DNA from: Phoronis australis
Lineage: Eukaryota > Animalia > Phoronida
NCBI GenBank assembly: GCA_002633005.1
Contig: NMRA01000553.1
Coordinates: 20,453-57,531, forward strand
DNA length: 37,079 nt
Direction of reading: 5' to 3'
Part shown: piece after piece, positions 22,351 to 36,006 of the stretch
Position numbering within the stretch: the stretch's first letter is position 1
How the letters are laid out: each line of letters starts with the position of its first letter
The notes under the pieces: model-generated
The model's database searches: none
Told to the model about the DNA's origin: nothing
Seen by the model: only the letters and a program-made list of their open reading frames with translations
Made by a program: the position numbers and the translations under genes

Positions 22351-23483
22351 GGTCACCGAATAAAAAGTTTTCACTTTCTGGTTCTATACATATCTTCGAT
22401 GAAACATGTCTGTGGGAATTCAGATGACTTTAGCAAATAATTCCACGCGTGATAAACCACAACGTATTTCAGCTGACATCACGTCAGTTTCAGTAGGTAA
22501 GGACAAGTACAAGACTGAGCGAAACACGTGACCTGGCACGTGACACATTTAAAAATATAGCATGGGAATTAATACATCACTGAGTGGAATTTGTAAGATT
22601 TATGCCCCTCGGACTTTATGTTCGTCAACAAGAGTGTTTTCATGTAACCTCCTCAAAATGGCACCCAGTGATGGAAGCTTGAGCGAACAACGACGGATAT
22701 GGATATATTCAAATGATGCTGACTAAATTGTCTCCATAGTCATGGTATGTTTTAGTTATACTCCATTTGTATCTATGCATGTTTCATTCCATTTTATTTT
22801 CTGTAGTTTGACTTGAGTAAATTTTCGCTCTATATTGCCAGTGGCATTACAGGGCAATGTAATTGCCTAGTGATACATTACCACCATCTTAATTAGCCCC
22901 AGGAGGGACGGTGACCATCTCATGGGGCCACCATATGACAGAAGCAAATTATGCCAATCACTGATTAAACCTTCATCAAGCTGTGTTGCTATAAGTACCT
23001 TGTGCACAGAGAGAGACACCTTAAGAGACCGTGTCTTGTCATGTGGTGCCAGCAATATAAAAATGGCCAGTTGTCGATTTGGGCAACTGAACGAAGGACT
23101 GTCGCCTTGGAAGCATGGAGCTAGAATCCGCCTTCAAGGACTTCGCGTAGTTAGGTCATTTGTTGACATTGGCATCCGATAGACCTATATAAGCAAGTCT
23201 TATGAAAAAATTGCTGCTAGTCTGAAAATAGGGCCGCTTTGTTTTGTCATTCTGCAGTTGAATTTCTGGAGCGATCTGTACTGTCATAGCTTTGAACTGT
23301 GCTGATTCTTGGATACAGTGTTCTCCGTTACACAACCGTATGTTGGTGAGCATCAAATTATACAAACTGGTTTCGCTGTCGTGTAACTATTTAGTACGTT
23401 ATAGAAACCAGTAAACTGAATTTCTGGTCATTTCGCTTCTGCAAATTTGCCACTAGCTCTTGGCTTATCTTTGCTATGTTAAC

Positions 23484-24180
23484 ACCGGGAATTTCCGATA
23501 AAGAGCTTTGGGCGACAGTGATTTCGAATTTTGTCCCCGAAAAAGCGCCGTGAACACTGTTTTGTAGGGAATGATTTCTTCAAATTGTTTTTTTGTTCCG
23601 GAGGACGCACCCATGGTGTTATTTCTTCCCACTTTTCCTGAAAAATCATCCACGCATGCTTTGTGGTGATGGACTTTTTATCAGAAATACCCGGTAGCCG
23701 CGTGTCATGAGAGTTGCGTACGTGTTGTGGGACAAGGTGACTTTCATGTAGGAGCAACAAGAACTTCCGAACAAAGCATTCTAACAGTTGTATAAGTTTC
23801 ATGTTGAGTTGACCACGAATAAAAATTTAGTGGACTAAATGGGTATAATTGCTTTTGAGAATGATTCCTGATATACAGCTACTAGGTCCAACTATATTGC
23901 TGGCTTGTTATTTGGACACATGCTTGCGCCAACTGGATTTATTATTCTACTGACTGTGGAAAATGAAAAATGAAGGACGGTAATAACCGTGATCATCAGC
24001 GAACTTCATTGTTTTACAGAATGAATTTAAGTAACTATCTTATCCCATTTACTGTGAGAGATCACTTTTGTAATTTAGATTATCATAGAAAATATCACCA
24101 AAAGCACTTTCACAGATTATATTTGACTACAGTACATGGCACATTTATAAATGGAAAAAGGGTTTTTGACTTGTTAATTT
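23484..24180 (+). repeat. Dispersed repeat, copy 2
   Basis: Collinear similarity with 10410-11135 in the same orientation. Confidence 0.7.
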
Positions 24181-26189
24181 TTGTTCATGAACTTAGTTTT
24201 GTAGGTCCTTTCCTACAGAGTTAACTTCTCTAGTACTCAAGCTTTCGTGTTAACTGTGGTTAACACCAAATTTAAGTGGCAGTGTTCCCATTAGCTTCAG
24301 AGTTATGAGCGAAGTTATCGCAAGGCAGCACTAATATGACCTTGGAACACTGAAGTTTCAAATCCAGTGGGAAAAGCCTTTGTGTTAGCGATTAGAATAT
24401 TAGAATGTTAACAATCCCTGGTGCTGTACAAGCTTGTTTCAGACAGAAATTAATATTTATGAGGTCAATTTTAAGAATGGGATATTGTTCACAAGTCAGT
24501 GAGTTTTGTCTGAGTGGCGTCAAAAGCTCATGAGCCCTGAACTGTCTTACAATGCATAAATTTGAAAAACATCAGCGCCGCTAATTGAGAAAGTTATGTC
24601 ATTGATGAAGTACACTGAATTAAGCGGAGGCTAAGAAACCAATACAGTCTTATTGCAGCGCTAACGTAATTATCAATGGGGATTATCTTCCCTGAGATAT
24701 TTAACTACGCCATCAATAGAGTTAGTGTTCATTGCTTCTCTCTGATCACCTATCTTACAATGTCAGTCATGTTTACATTTTATCAATTTAAATGTTACTT
24801 AGCAAAATCTCCTTCCAACAGCCTTCTATCATCCATAACCATCTGTGGATCAGTTTGATACTTGAGAATTCCACTGTGAGTGTCTGTGTATTGTTAGGAA
24901 GAGCAAATGAAACAAAAATGGTGATGTTTGAAACTGGCGAATATGTTGGTGTTTCAAAAACAGGGAAACTACTGAAAAACATCGTATGAAAAATCTTAAC
25001 CAATTTCATCTTTTGTCAGAGGGTTCATTTATTGACTTAAGCTAAATCTGATCAAAATCTTTTGTGCCACATTTAGTTACAGATACCAATTGTTGCGCAG
25101 GTTATGAAGTAATGCACTATTTCATATACTCAAAGCACAAGTGTGTATTGATTTGGTGCTGTAATTTCATGCTTATAACATATTTTACACTTTTATGGAT
25201 TTAAACTTTGAAATTTGATCACCCACATTACAGGCTATTCTGTATGCAGAGTCATGAAATGTCTTAGATTTCATGACATGGTTTTTGTCTTAGCTCTGCT
25301 TCTGAACTTGCACATTTTGTTTGTATGCTTCGAGACAGGAACGATAACAATTTGTAATTATTAATTTAATTTCTTTCTATCTGAGGTTTTTATCTTCTTG
25401 TGTGTTTCAAGTGCTAGAAGTAAAAATACTTCTGAAATTACAATTAGAGGTTCTAATCTGTAAAATACAATTGTTCCTAGCAATTTGTTACATTGCTTAA
25501 AAGAAAACACGGTAGGAATTGATATGAGGAAAGTCAGTGCAAGATTTTGTAAACTTGGATTTTAGTGCTACAGGAAAGGCTATATGTTTGCATTTGCTAT
25601 TTCAGAATTACATTAATTTACTTATTTAGTATGTGCCGTAATCTTGTTGTGTGCACCCAAATTGAGACACATACCTAAAAGAGGTTGAAAGTGAGCAACT
25701 TTGGCCAAATAACCCGTCTCCAAGGCAACGCCGTCATTACTAATCAGGTTGTATAACTTGAGACACTGGTTTTAAATTTTTAAAAACAGAGAAATACATG
25801 TAAACAAACATAAGTTTCCATTTTTACCATTTTGTAAGCTATCAAATTCCATTTTTGGGCAATTCCGTGAAAAGGTCAACCTCGAGACAAAAATTAAAGT
25901 TGTGTCTTCACTATCATCTCTGGTCTCACCTGAAAGCCCATTCTCTATAGTTTCAGTACCCTTATTTGATTGCCCTATAACTTTCAATTTTTTGCCTAAA
26001 TGGAGCCATTTTGGGGTAACTTGACCCTAAAATATTTGCTCGATTTTCATGTGTGTTACTAATTGTGGGTACTTCACAATACTATCAAATTTGTGCAATC
26101 ACATGAACCCCAAACTTTATAAAAAACATTTCAACTTCAGCACATCATCGACCACCTGTGGTCAAAGGTCAACTTCTGAATATCATGGT

Positions 26190-28555
26190 GCCGTAGGTCC
26201 GTCACAAAAAGTGTTAAAAAGTTTAGTTACGTTAAAAGTTTTCAAGCAAACTTAAAATAATTTCAGATTCTCTTTTAATTTGTTACTCAATACTACTGAC
26301 CAAAATTTTAGATTATTTGTTAAGTCAGAAATTGCGTGACAGACGCACAGGAAATTTGTACGTCCGTCACGTATGTCTGTCACATATGTCCGTCACACTC
26401 ATGAAATTACAATTTTTCAGCCAATAAAAATAACCTTTGGTCATATTTTTACTTTCTAAACGTACAGAAGATAAATGTATCTCACATCTAAGAATCTTAA
26501 AATGATAAAATATTACAAAGGCAACTTAAAATTGTGTGAAGAAGTTGCTACAGATTCAAAATAAATGCATTGGACTTTTTCAATTTCAAAAGTATTTGCA
26601 GAAAAGTTATAGTTTAAAATGTCATCTAGTTATTCTTAGTAGAATTCAACTTATTAAACTCAAACAGTTGGACCACATTATAAAATGGAAATAAAACAAA
26701 ATGTTAATTTAATGGAAATAAAACAAAATGTTAATTTAATGAACTTATTGTTTTTCTGTTGGTACCCCGTGTTTGAAAAGAAATGCTTAGCTTTTGGGAT
26801 ATTCAAGATGCAAAAATATTCATACAAAAGAATTCCTAAGGTGCTATAGAGTATAAATAAAGAGACCTAAAGGAATACATGCCAATTTGCTATTGCGCTA
26901 GAATTAACATATTATTTCTGCTCTGTCCTGCTATGCTGTATTTTGTGCTGAAAAAGCTGATACTGGGCATTTTTAAGCACTAGGAAACTGTCTATTACGG
27001 CATCGTTGTCACACCCTCACAGACTGTAGTCACTTGTTTGTGTCTTTCAGTGTTTTGGGTCATTGGGTGGCTTGCATGAAGTGATTTAAAAGCAAATGAT
27101 TACCTTGTCTCATTTTACATATTTGTGATCCCTAAGTCTTTTTCAGAATGAGACTATTTTTTTCTGCTGAGCTTCGAGGATATTTAACGAGCATTAAGAA
27201 ATGACAGAGGAAATTGTTGGAGACCACGGGAAGAACAGATGCAACTAGGAGAATAAATATCTGCCGGAATATTCACTGAAACTCAAAAAAATTCCATCGT
27301 GGATCGTGATGGGACATTATTTAAAGCCTCTCCTTAAATTTGGTAAGAAGGGCATGAGTTAAAGAACTGGATGAAAACCTAATCATGCTAATCACTAAAT
27401 AGAAACCAACATCTGATAAGTTAGTTCTATATATATATATATATCTAAATCATAATCCTTAATCAATTAACTTAAAATGTCTTGTTTTCACACTGGAAGA
27501 CAGCACGGGTGATTTGAATCAAAATATGAATGCCAAAAGTCGATGCTGTCTACTAAACCACAATCCACACTTTGTTTTAAGAAGCATCTGAAGTCCTGTT
27601 ACTAATACTTTTAAAACATCACCATTATTTTTTTACATGGGCATGCATCAGAACCATCAAAGGCATGGTTCAGAGAATAATTTTGTACATGCTGAGGGCG
27701 AGTCCTAATTTAAAAAAACAATTTATTAAAATGCTTTTTATGACAGTGATTAGTACTGTTTTAAACTTTATTTCACATGTTATATTTCGACGATCACATA
27801 TACTTATTAGTTTTGAATTAGTATTTTATTTAACGCATAAAAACAGGTTTTCCTGATAACTAATAGCTGTTAAATACAAAATGATTATCACTCTCATTCC
27901 CATCTGTATTGCTTACCATCTTCAAAGGGAAGTGGAGATTTTAAGGGTTGTTTTATATCTATAATCAAATGTATTTAAAATTTAAAATCCTAGAGTATAT
28001 TCCTAGCATAGGCCTACCTGTGATGATTTTGTGCAAAAGGTCAATCAGTACATTGTGATAAAAAACATTGAATTAGTAGCAAAAGACCAATATAGCTCAA
28101 ATACTACTAAAGTTTGAATCATTCTGAATCGATATCTTAGGCACAACAAACAATTTTAGTACTAGAAATTCAGAGCATACGTCCATCACATACGTCCGTC
28201 ACACTAACTCAAACTTATATCGAGCTGTCTGACAAGAAGATATCAAAAAATTTAGTGTGTTGTTCTTTGCAAACATGCCACTAAATCATACAAAACAAAA
28301 AATTGTAACTTAATGCAAATCACAGAAAATTAACGTTAAAAATTTTAAAAAACTAATTCAAATTCTTTGCGTTTATCCATCACACCCATTTAAAGGCAAT
28401 TTTCTCATTCAGATTTTAAGATAAGGGAAAAGTTGATACATGATTTGAAAGCTATCAATAAGACCTATCAAGTGATGTCTTATTTATTTTCTTAGGATGA
28501 ACTTTTTTCACAATTGATCAAAATGTTCTCTGATTGTACGTCCATCACAAACGGA
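26190..28555. mobile_element. Large decayed DNA transposon with GTCCRTCAC subterminal motif clusters
   Basis: Motif at 26197, 26336 (inverted), 26362, 26375, 26388, 28181, 28194, about 28375 and 28540, often at 13-bp spacing. The interior at about 27050-27350 looks like decayed coding sequence. True ends not determined. Confidence 0.5.
26684..26737. repeat. Perfect 27-bp tandem duplication
   Basis: aatggaaataaaacaaaatgttaattt x2. Confidence 0.92.
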
Positions 28556-31500
28556 TTATTGCCCTTTACTATTTCATACTGATAAATAACATTAATATAA
28601 ACTTAAATTTCTCTGCTAATTATTGCCGCAGCTCCTTTTTTTGATAATTTGCTTCAAATCATGTTTGTAGTGTTTCTCTAAACCGAAAAAGAACAGTGCC
28701 GTTTTTATAAAGAGTGAACAACTACTTGCACATGTCTGCTGCGAAGCGATTGTCATTTGTTTTATGACCAGAATATGTTGAATTATATTCCTAATTTTTC
28801 TCATTAAAACCAAAAGTTTTAGAAGTGTGACATCTACTACTGAAACATGGAAATTCTGTGATTTCGTGGAAAATCATGGTCCCTGGACAGTGCTGTGTCA
28901 GTGTCTTGGCTTCTTATGCGTTTTGTGATCTGGATGAGAACTACCTTAGTGTGACACGGGGTCCTATACAGGAACCGGCAGTGTAATTTTTTTCAGTTAA
29001 GCTCTTGTACGCATTACCGTTGCGGTTTCGTGGAAACATGACAGAATAATAAAGAGCATGTTGTGTGTAAGATGTTGGAATACACTATGGCCTTTGTGTA
29101 GAATATTTTATATTTTTTTTCTACATTGAAATAAAAATTGAGAAGAACGCTACTTCATCATTGGCATGGATTGTTCGGATTTGCCTGAAATCGTGAAAAT
29201 TTTTGATAATTTTTTCACATTTGAACAATATAATCAGCCTTTGAATTAATTTTATGTAAATTTGAATGAGTAGAATGACCTCTGTTGGAGCTAGGGGCTC
29301 CAGAATCTCATTGTCTTCCGCAAAAGCTCTTGTGCAAGAATTTTGTACTTTCATGTGAAAAACAACAAAATTTAGAGCGTTTATAACTTTATTTCTGTAG
29401 ACTCATCAGTAAGACATCTTCATTGGTTTAAAGTCTCCTCTTCTAACTGTAGCATGTGACTGTAGGCTCAAAGTAGGGGGGGGGGGGNGGGCATGCTTTA
29501 CAGAGATTACTAAAACCAAATGTCAGCCATTAAGTAGTCGGGCTTGTGTAATAAAAAACAGATATATTTTCCCTGTACACTATGCTGCATGATGACTGGG
29601 TATGAATACCATTCATGCCATCTGTCTCAACACCATGTAACGATCTGGTGGAAAGTCCGCCATCAATAGTAATATAATTTGTAGAATACCATCAAAACTC
29701 CAGCAAGAGGATCTGCCTGTCCTATCTTTTTAACATACATATGGTCATATTTACATAGTCTTATCATTGTGTGTGAACACCAAGCTGCACATTTCCGTGC
29801 TTTTCTACACTATATACCACTATTTCCCCCGTACCATTTCACATGGTCAGCTATAAAGCTGGGGCTGCTGCAGACATTTTTCACCAAGCGACTTCCTAAA
29901 TCAAGCTGCCCCCTTTCCATTTTAGAATGTCAGTGATATATGCTCGCTTGGTTTGACTGCTCTCACTCACTGCCTGGTGTTTGTTTACTCCAACCAGAGT
30001 CCCCTAGTGGCCAGTATATGAAGCTTGATGGGGTATTACCTGTTGTATGGTCGCATTTGTGAGATTGATGAATGGGATAGACTTTCCAAAATTTTTAAGT
30101 TTGACCAGAGAGTTTTAAAAACAACAAAGTCCAGCGTTTTTCTGATTTTACTACCAGTCGCCAGTTCTCGCTGTTAATTGTCTGCATGCCAGATATTGAC
30201 TGAAATTAGGCTGTTGATTGTGCCAGTTAAATAGTTACCCTTAAAATATTCTGCCATTTTTCATGTTCTGTTAATCTCCACCAGTAGAGCATTGTGACAA
30301 TGCGAATGCGAGGGTTTCTGTTTCGATTCCGCATTGAGGTTGATCTCGGAAAATCGTTGTTCGCACAGTCAATAATGTCCTGAGCTATTAGTGATGTAGC
30401 CTGACCGTTCCACAGATCCTGTTGTCATTGAGGCTCTAAATTAAGATCCTGTAAGTCCTGAAGCTGGGAGGAATCATGGATCTATAAACAGATCTTGTTA
30501 CATGAATACTTCTAGGCTTCAGACACTGTTTACAAACTAGTGGAAATGCAATGCCATATTTGATTGATAACATGCAAGCTGCCTGTTGCCATAGTGATGG
30601 CAAGACCACTTGGAGGTCCTGTGTTTCTGTTAGAGTAAACACCCCTTAAACATAAGCTGAGAGAATTTGTTAAGATGCATTATTTAGAAGCCCAATTTTA
30701 GGTATCTTGAGAAATCCTTGAAGGATTTTTATTATTCTCGATGCATTGGGCTTTCCAGATGGCTCTTACTAATTGCATTAGCAACTCAAGAAAACGTGAT
30801 TTATGAACATTCAAATGCATCCGATCCGCATCTAGTGAAGTACCTAGCCATATTGCATGATTGCTAGAAAACAGCAAACAAAGATCTGCTGTAGATTTGA
30901 ACTTTTTGCCGTATGTGCAGTACTGTAGTAATTATTCAGCATGCAATATGGCCAACAAGAGAAATTCTTTTTGTTAAATTTCTTCTCATAACTAAAAATT
31001 AAGAAAATTTTATTCTATTGCTAGGATGGTTTGCTCCTTGTGAATTTCATAAAACAACATTTATGATGGTTCCCTCGATTTCTAGCCAAGTTTTTAAAAA
31101 ATAAAAAACGTCAATTTTGGCAATTATTTGTGTACGAAATAAGTAAACAAATACTGTAGAACAGCAATGTTTGTGTGTGTTGCTTGTAGCTGTTTAAATT
31201 AATGGAGGATTCTTACAGTGTCGTTGGTGAAAATCAGACAATAAGCCGAACCGAACCGTTCATTACATTTTGCAATTTATGACTTCAGTGTAGTCAAAAT
31301 GTCCCGTTTAACATATTGTAGGAATTTAATTTACACGTTTTAGGCTTGAAGCCTAAAATATTTAGTGCTTCCACACAATGAATTTATAAAGTTTAACTAG
31401 TAATGCTAAAGTGTTTTAGTTTTATGCTAATATTGTGACAGTTGAAATGTGTGTACAAGATAAAGGAAATCCAACATAATACCGTTTCCGATCATGACAG

Positions 31501-33351
31501 ACAATTTCGTTAACACCAAAAATGTCTTGTAAAAACCATTATACCTGCAAAATTCTAATTACAGAATGGCTCTGCCATCTTGAGAACATTATGCTAATTC
31601 TCCTTCCTACGTGGTCGTAAGAGTATGTTGCGTTGACGACTAATTCAGCTTCCTCCCCTCGTGACAGGAATTCCGGTTCATTTGTTTGATTGCTACATGA
31701 CACGTACTCTAATTGGTCAGTTATCTGCAATTTTTGCAAAATTGATGTTAATTTTTTGACTTGTAATCTGTGGATGAGTTGTGACGCATTTTTGTTTCCT
31801 GGCAACACATTTCACCTCTGTTAAGTCGTTGCCTACGGTACAGTTGATTATGATGTGGAACAGCATGGGATAACACAATTGAGTTACCATGTTCATATGC
31901 GTTTTAGTTGTGGGCAGAGTGGGGGCAATTGTCCTCAGAATTGGGGAAAACGTAAGGAAAATTCAGGTAAAACAGGAACAGTTAAAGTATCTGAGCATCC
32001 AATAGAAAATGCAAGCAANTCCCAAGTTAATATTGACTGCATCCAATTTACTGGAGGTAGAGTCAACAAATTATGCAATTCAAGTTATGTTCACACTGCC
32101 TGTTATTAAGTGTCAAGGCTATTCACCACAAATATCAACATTAAAATCGACCTGTTCAACCAGTCACTCAGACATCATGAACATCTTGCAAAATGTTTAA
32201 AGTGACAAATATAAACCTTGTTATGGGCATTTACTAGGTAGAGTGTGTATTATCACTAGGGGTGCAGTCTTCCTGTTTGTGAGCCTGGTACACCACTGGT
32301 GCAAGAACAGACCTTCACCGAGTGACAACGCAGTAAGACACTGGCTAACTCAATCACTCAATTCTACAACCTTCGAAAGTTCATGCATGAGGCAAAAATA
32401 CACAGTCAATTGGTTCTTGTCACTGTGTTTTTGAAAATCGAGTTGGTGCTGCGGTATTTTTTAGTCGCTCATTTTTTCCAAAAAAGATACTCCACCTGAG
32501 ACGAGCAAAAAGGATGCGGGCTTTTTTACTTCGAATTTGCTAGTCTTGTTTGCCCTTGTTTATGCGACTGTCTTCGTGCAACTTTCAAAAAAAAAGATGA
32601 AACCTTGGCTGAAATTGATGCCAGTGGTCGTAGGTGACGTGGAATTGTTACATTGATGACCTTAAAGTGAATTCCCCTTTAATTCTTAATAACCTAGGAT
32701 AGCTCAGAAGCTTGAACCTCAAACTGGCCAATTATGGCATACCAAATGAGTGTGTGGTAACGAACAGTAGACCAACGGTGCATTCTCCAGGTGACTGACA
32801 GATTGGCATGAAAGCAAAACCACTCCAAATCACGCATGTGGAAGGGGGCGAGTGTTTTGCGAGTATGCTCAGCGCCTAACCACGGGGAATTTTCAAAAAT
32901 AGGATACCCATGGGCATATTTTTGGAAAATCTTAGAAAAGTACACTCTTTGGTGTAGTTTCAGTAGCTGTTGGCATGTTTCTAAAATCTGATAGATTGTT
33001 CTGAAATACCTATTAACATGTTTTGATGCAAAATTTTGTTTCCTCTGGCAAGACGGTATATTAATGGGATTGGAATTTGACTCAAATTACTATCATCAAG
33101 CCATGTATTGAGCGACTCTATTAGTAGCTAACAGTATTGAAACAGCTCCAAGAACAGTTTTAACAACACAACTTCGGAAAATACGCCAGGCATAAATTCT
33201 GTTTCATTTAATGTTTGTAAAAAGTTCATTTTCTAGATATCCACCCGTTGGCCTATTTTCAGAAATTTGTGAGTACACGCCATAGCAAAATGGTGGCTAC
33301 AAGGAGATTGCTTGGTGGAGTTCGATTATTTAAGTGTTCTATTGCATAAAC

Positions 33352-34730
33352 GAAAGTTTCTTCGAATTAGAACCCAATATGGCGAAACAGTAAAATTTTT
33401 TAATGATATTTTCAACAAGAGTAAACAAGAAGATAAATTTCACTTCATTTAATTTAGTACGGCTTTCATCAACAAACACATGATGAAGTTTCGAACATTT
33501 TTGGTCATGCAATGAGCGTTTGAAAAATGCAAAAATGACAATTTTGGACATTATTTTTGTTTGAATTAAAGGAAACTTTACAGCATTCATGACGGGAATG
33601 GATTTGCAAAGTAGTCTTAGGTGTATGGAATGCACCTCACAGTCGGCCATGTCAGATATTGGTCTTGACTCCATGATTCACTTGAATTTTTAAGAATCGA
33701 GCTCTAAGTGTCGAACTTGCTGTGCACAAATAGATAGGGACAGTCTCTAGAAATTTGAGACACTAAAATTAAAGCCAAGGTTGAATTTTCTGCATTCTGA
33801 AGACTGGGAGATGGACATTTTTGATATTCATCATATTTCTCAAATATTGGACACTGTATTTCGTATCAATAGTCTGAAATAAAAGAAATTATGAGAATTT
33901 TCTCCATATATGGCTTTGACATTTTCTGTGCTGTCTACTGACCACTGACTGTTTTTGAGTGTTGTTTTAAATGTGGGACCGTTTCTCGAACTGTTCGAGG
34001 AATTGTGTTCTTAGTGAGGAGAGCAGTAGCCAGCTACCAGTGTCCCCTAGTCGAAGGTTCCTTGATGGATCTTCATGAACTTCATTGGTTCTGTTACGGA
34101 ACCAGCATGGCGGAAGTTGATTTCGAGATTAAGTCTGACTGCCTAAGTGCCCCCTTAGGGGCTAGTTACCGATAGGTTTTCACTCCTTGTTCCTCAATTT
34201 TTACCAAGTTCATTGACAGATCATGACATAGATTGTGGCATATATCTTCCTATGACGGAACTGACACCACCTTCACAGTTTTAGATGGATTTGACCCTTT
34301 TCTACCCATAATGGTCAGTTTTATTATTTTTGTGTTTTGGTAATGTGCTTTATACCTATCCAAAGCCGCTTGAAGAATCATGAAAGTTGGCAGTTGCTTT
34401 TCTTTTGACGAGAGCAACTGGTCGACATTAATTTTGATTTTGTACTACTGTAGTACCCTGTTGTAGCAATTTTATTTTTTTGCACCAACGTCAATATTTA
34501 TCAAATACGGTAAAGTTTCTTTAAACTCAAACAAAAGACAATGGCCAAAATTGTCACTTTTTGATTTTTCAAAACATTGTATTGCCAAAAATGTTAAAAA
34601 ATTTCACCGTGCTCCACTATATAAAATTTTTAAATAAGTGAAATTATCTTCTTGCGTACTCTTGTTGAAAATTTTGATCAAATAAACTTTCCTGTTCCTC
34701 CATATTTTGTTCTAATTTAAAGAAACTTTC
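33352..34730. mobile_element. Inverted pair of ~230-bp AT-rich repeats (possible long TIRs of a 1.4-kb element)
   Basis: 33352-33587 is the diverged reverse complement of 34504-34730 (gaaagtttctt..aattagaac / gttctaattt.aagaaactttc; ttttcaacaagagta / tactcttgttgaaaa). Confidence 0.7.
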
Positions 34731-34992
34731 TCTATTTGTACTCTGCCAATTTCAAGATTGAAAAATACAGGGGCAAAACAGGGGCAAAACTTGGTGTCTT
34801 TCATCTTCCACTGCATCTAGCAGTATATCAATATATCGTGATTCCTGTTTTGAATTAAACGTATACCCAAAATAATGTGTTAATAGGATTTACTGTGATT
34901 ATTAAGTGTCTGTGAGTAGTCCACAATCAATTGGCTTTTTGCCTTTGGTTGTCGGCAATCGACTTTCATTGCAACTTTTATTCAGCTGAGGT

Positions 34993-35143
34993 CAGTGTTT
35001 GAGCTTCAGCTATAAAATGTGGTGGCCCGCGGGGCCAGTTACTTGAATATGAGACCACGTCCACATAGGGCCTATATGTGATAGTTTACTGGCCCGGCCT
35101 CAAATTCACTGGCCCCTGGTCACCACGTGTATTTCCAACGCTG
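34993..35143. mobile_element. hAT-type MITE (151 bp)
   Basis: Termini CAGTGTTTGA / TCCAACGCTG; 8-bp TSD GCTGAGGT / ATTGAGGT (2 mismatches); tggccc subterminal repeats. Confidence 0.75.
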
Positions 35144-35852
35144 ATTGAGGTGCATTCCTAGGTCGTTCTGCCACGATTTAGAACGTTGGAAGACTGGCAG
35201 TCCTGTTTTTGGGTCCAGCTGTCATGTTATTTCTCACCCCTAAAATCTATTTACGGAGCTGTTACCACAAAATGAAAAATGTTCCATGCAATTTTTTTCA
35301 GAAATGTGAACTCCAAAGTCACCATAGCTTCATTACACAAATTTTAGATACTGCTCTATACTAGAGAGATTTTGTCGTGATTTAAAGCATTCTTTTATAG
35401 TTATAAACAGATGTCCTGGATTGAATAAAAAATGCTCGAAACTGGGACCTGTCACAGCTCCCCCCTCTGTTAATGGGTCATGCCTGTATTGTTTGGTTGT
35501 CACGTCTAAGTGTGTCAAACAGTGTTTACCTAAGGTCAAAGTTCAAGCCTTAACATAAAGTTGGTCATGTGCTTGTGAAAGGGTATAACCACTGCCTGTG
35601 TTGCGAAACCACCTTGTGATGTTTTGACACAACTTTGTATGCAACCCCAAGGAAAGTTTGGCCAATCCAAAGTTAGTGCTTTGTCAGGTTACCATTCAGT
35701 CAACTAATGTCAGTAAGCCGGGAAAGAATCATCCCTATGGAAGTGTCATCAAAACGCAGTTCAATGCATGATGACAGAGGTAGGCAAATCATGACGTATG
35801 AACTACGCCTTATGTTAACATTTGTTCAAAAACATTATATTGGCCGTGCTAA

Positions 35853-36006
35853 ATAGGTCAAAGTCAAAGCTGAGTAAACGAGTCCCTCTTCAAAATGGCT
35901 ACCGGCAACCAGTTTCACTAGAATAATGGATATTGCCGTTACTCAGTGAAAACTGATTCCCGGCAGCCATTTTATAGAGGGACCCATTTACTCCACTTTT
36001 ACCTAT
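35853..36006. repeat. Long palindrome (~65-bp arms, ~6-nt loop), hairpin MITE-like
   Basis: gagtaaacgagtccctcttcaaaatggctaccggcaaccagtttcact pairs with agtgaaaactgattcccggcagccattttatagagggacccatttactc. Confidence 0.88.

Noticed and set aside
22867-23390. Possible LINE RT remnant (KVLIATQLDEG..WH)
   Set aside because: Weak motifs in an inconsistent order; cannot be supported without a search.
29570-30700. GC-balanced stretch resembling decayed retroelement coding sequence
   Set aside because: No recognisable motif series in the frames I read.
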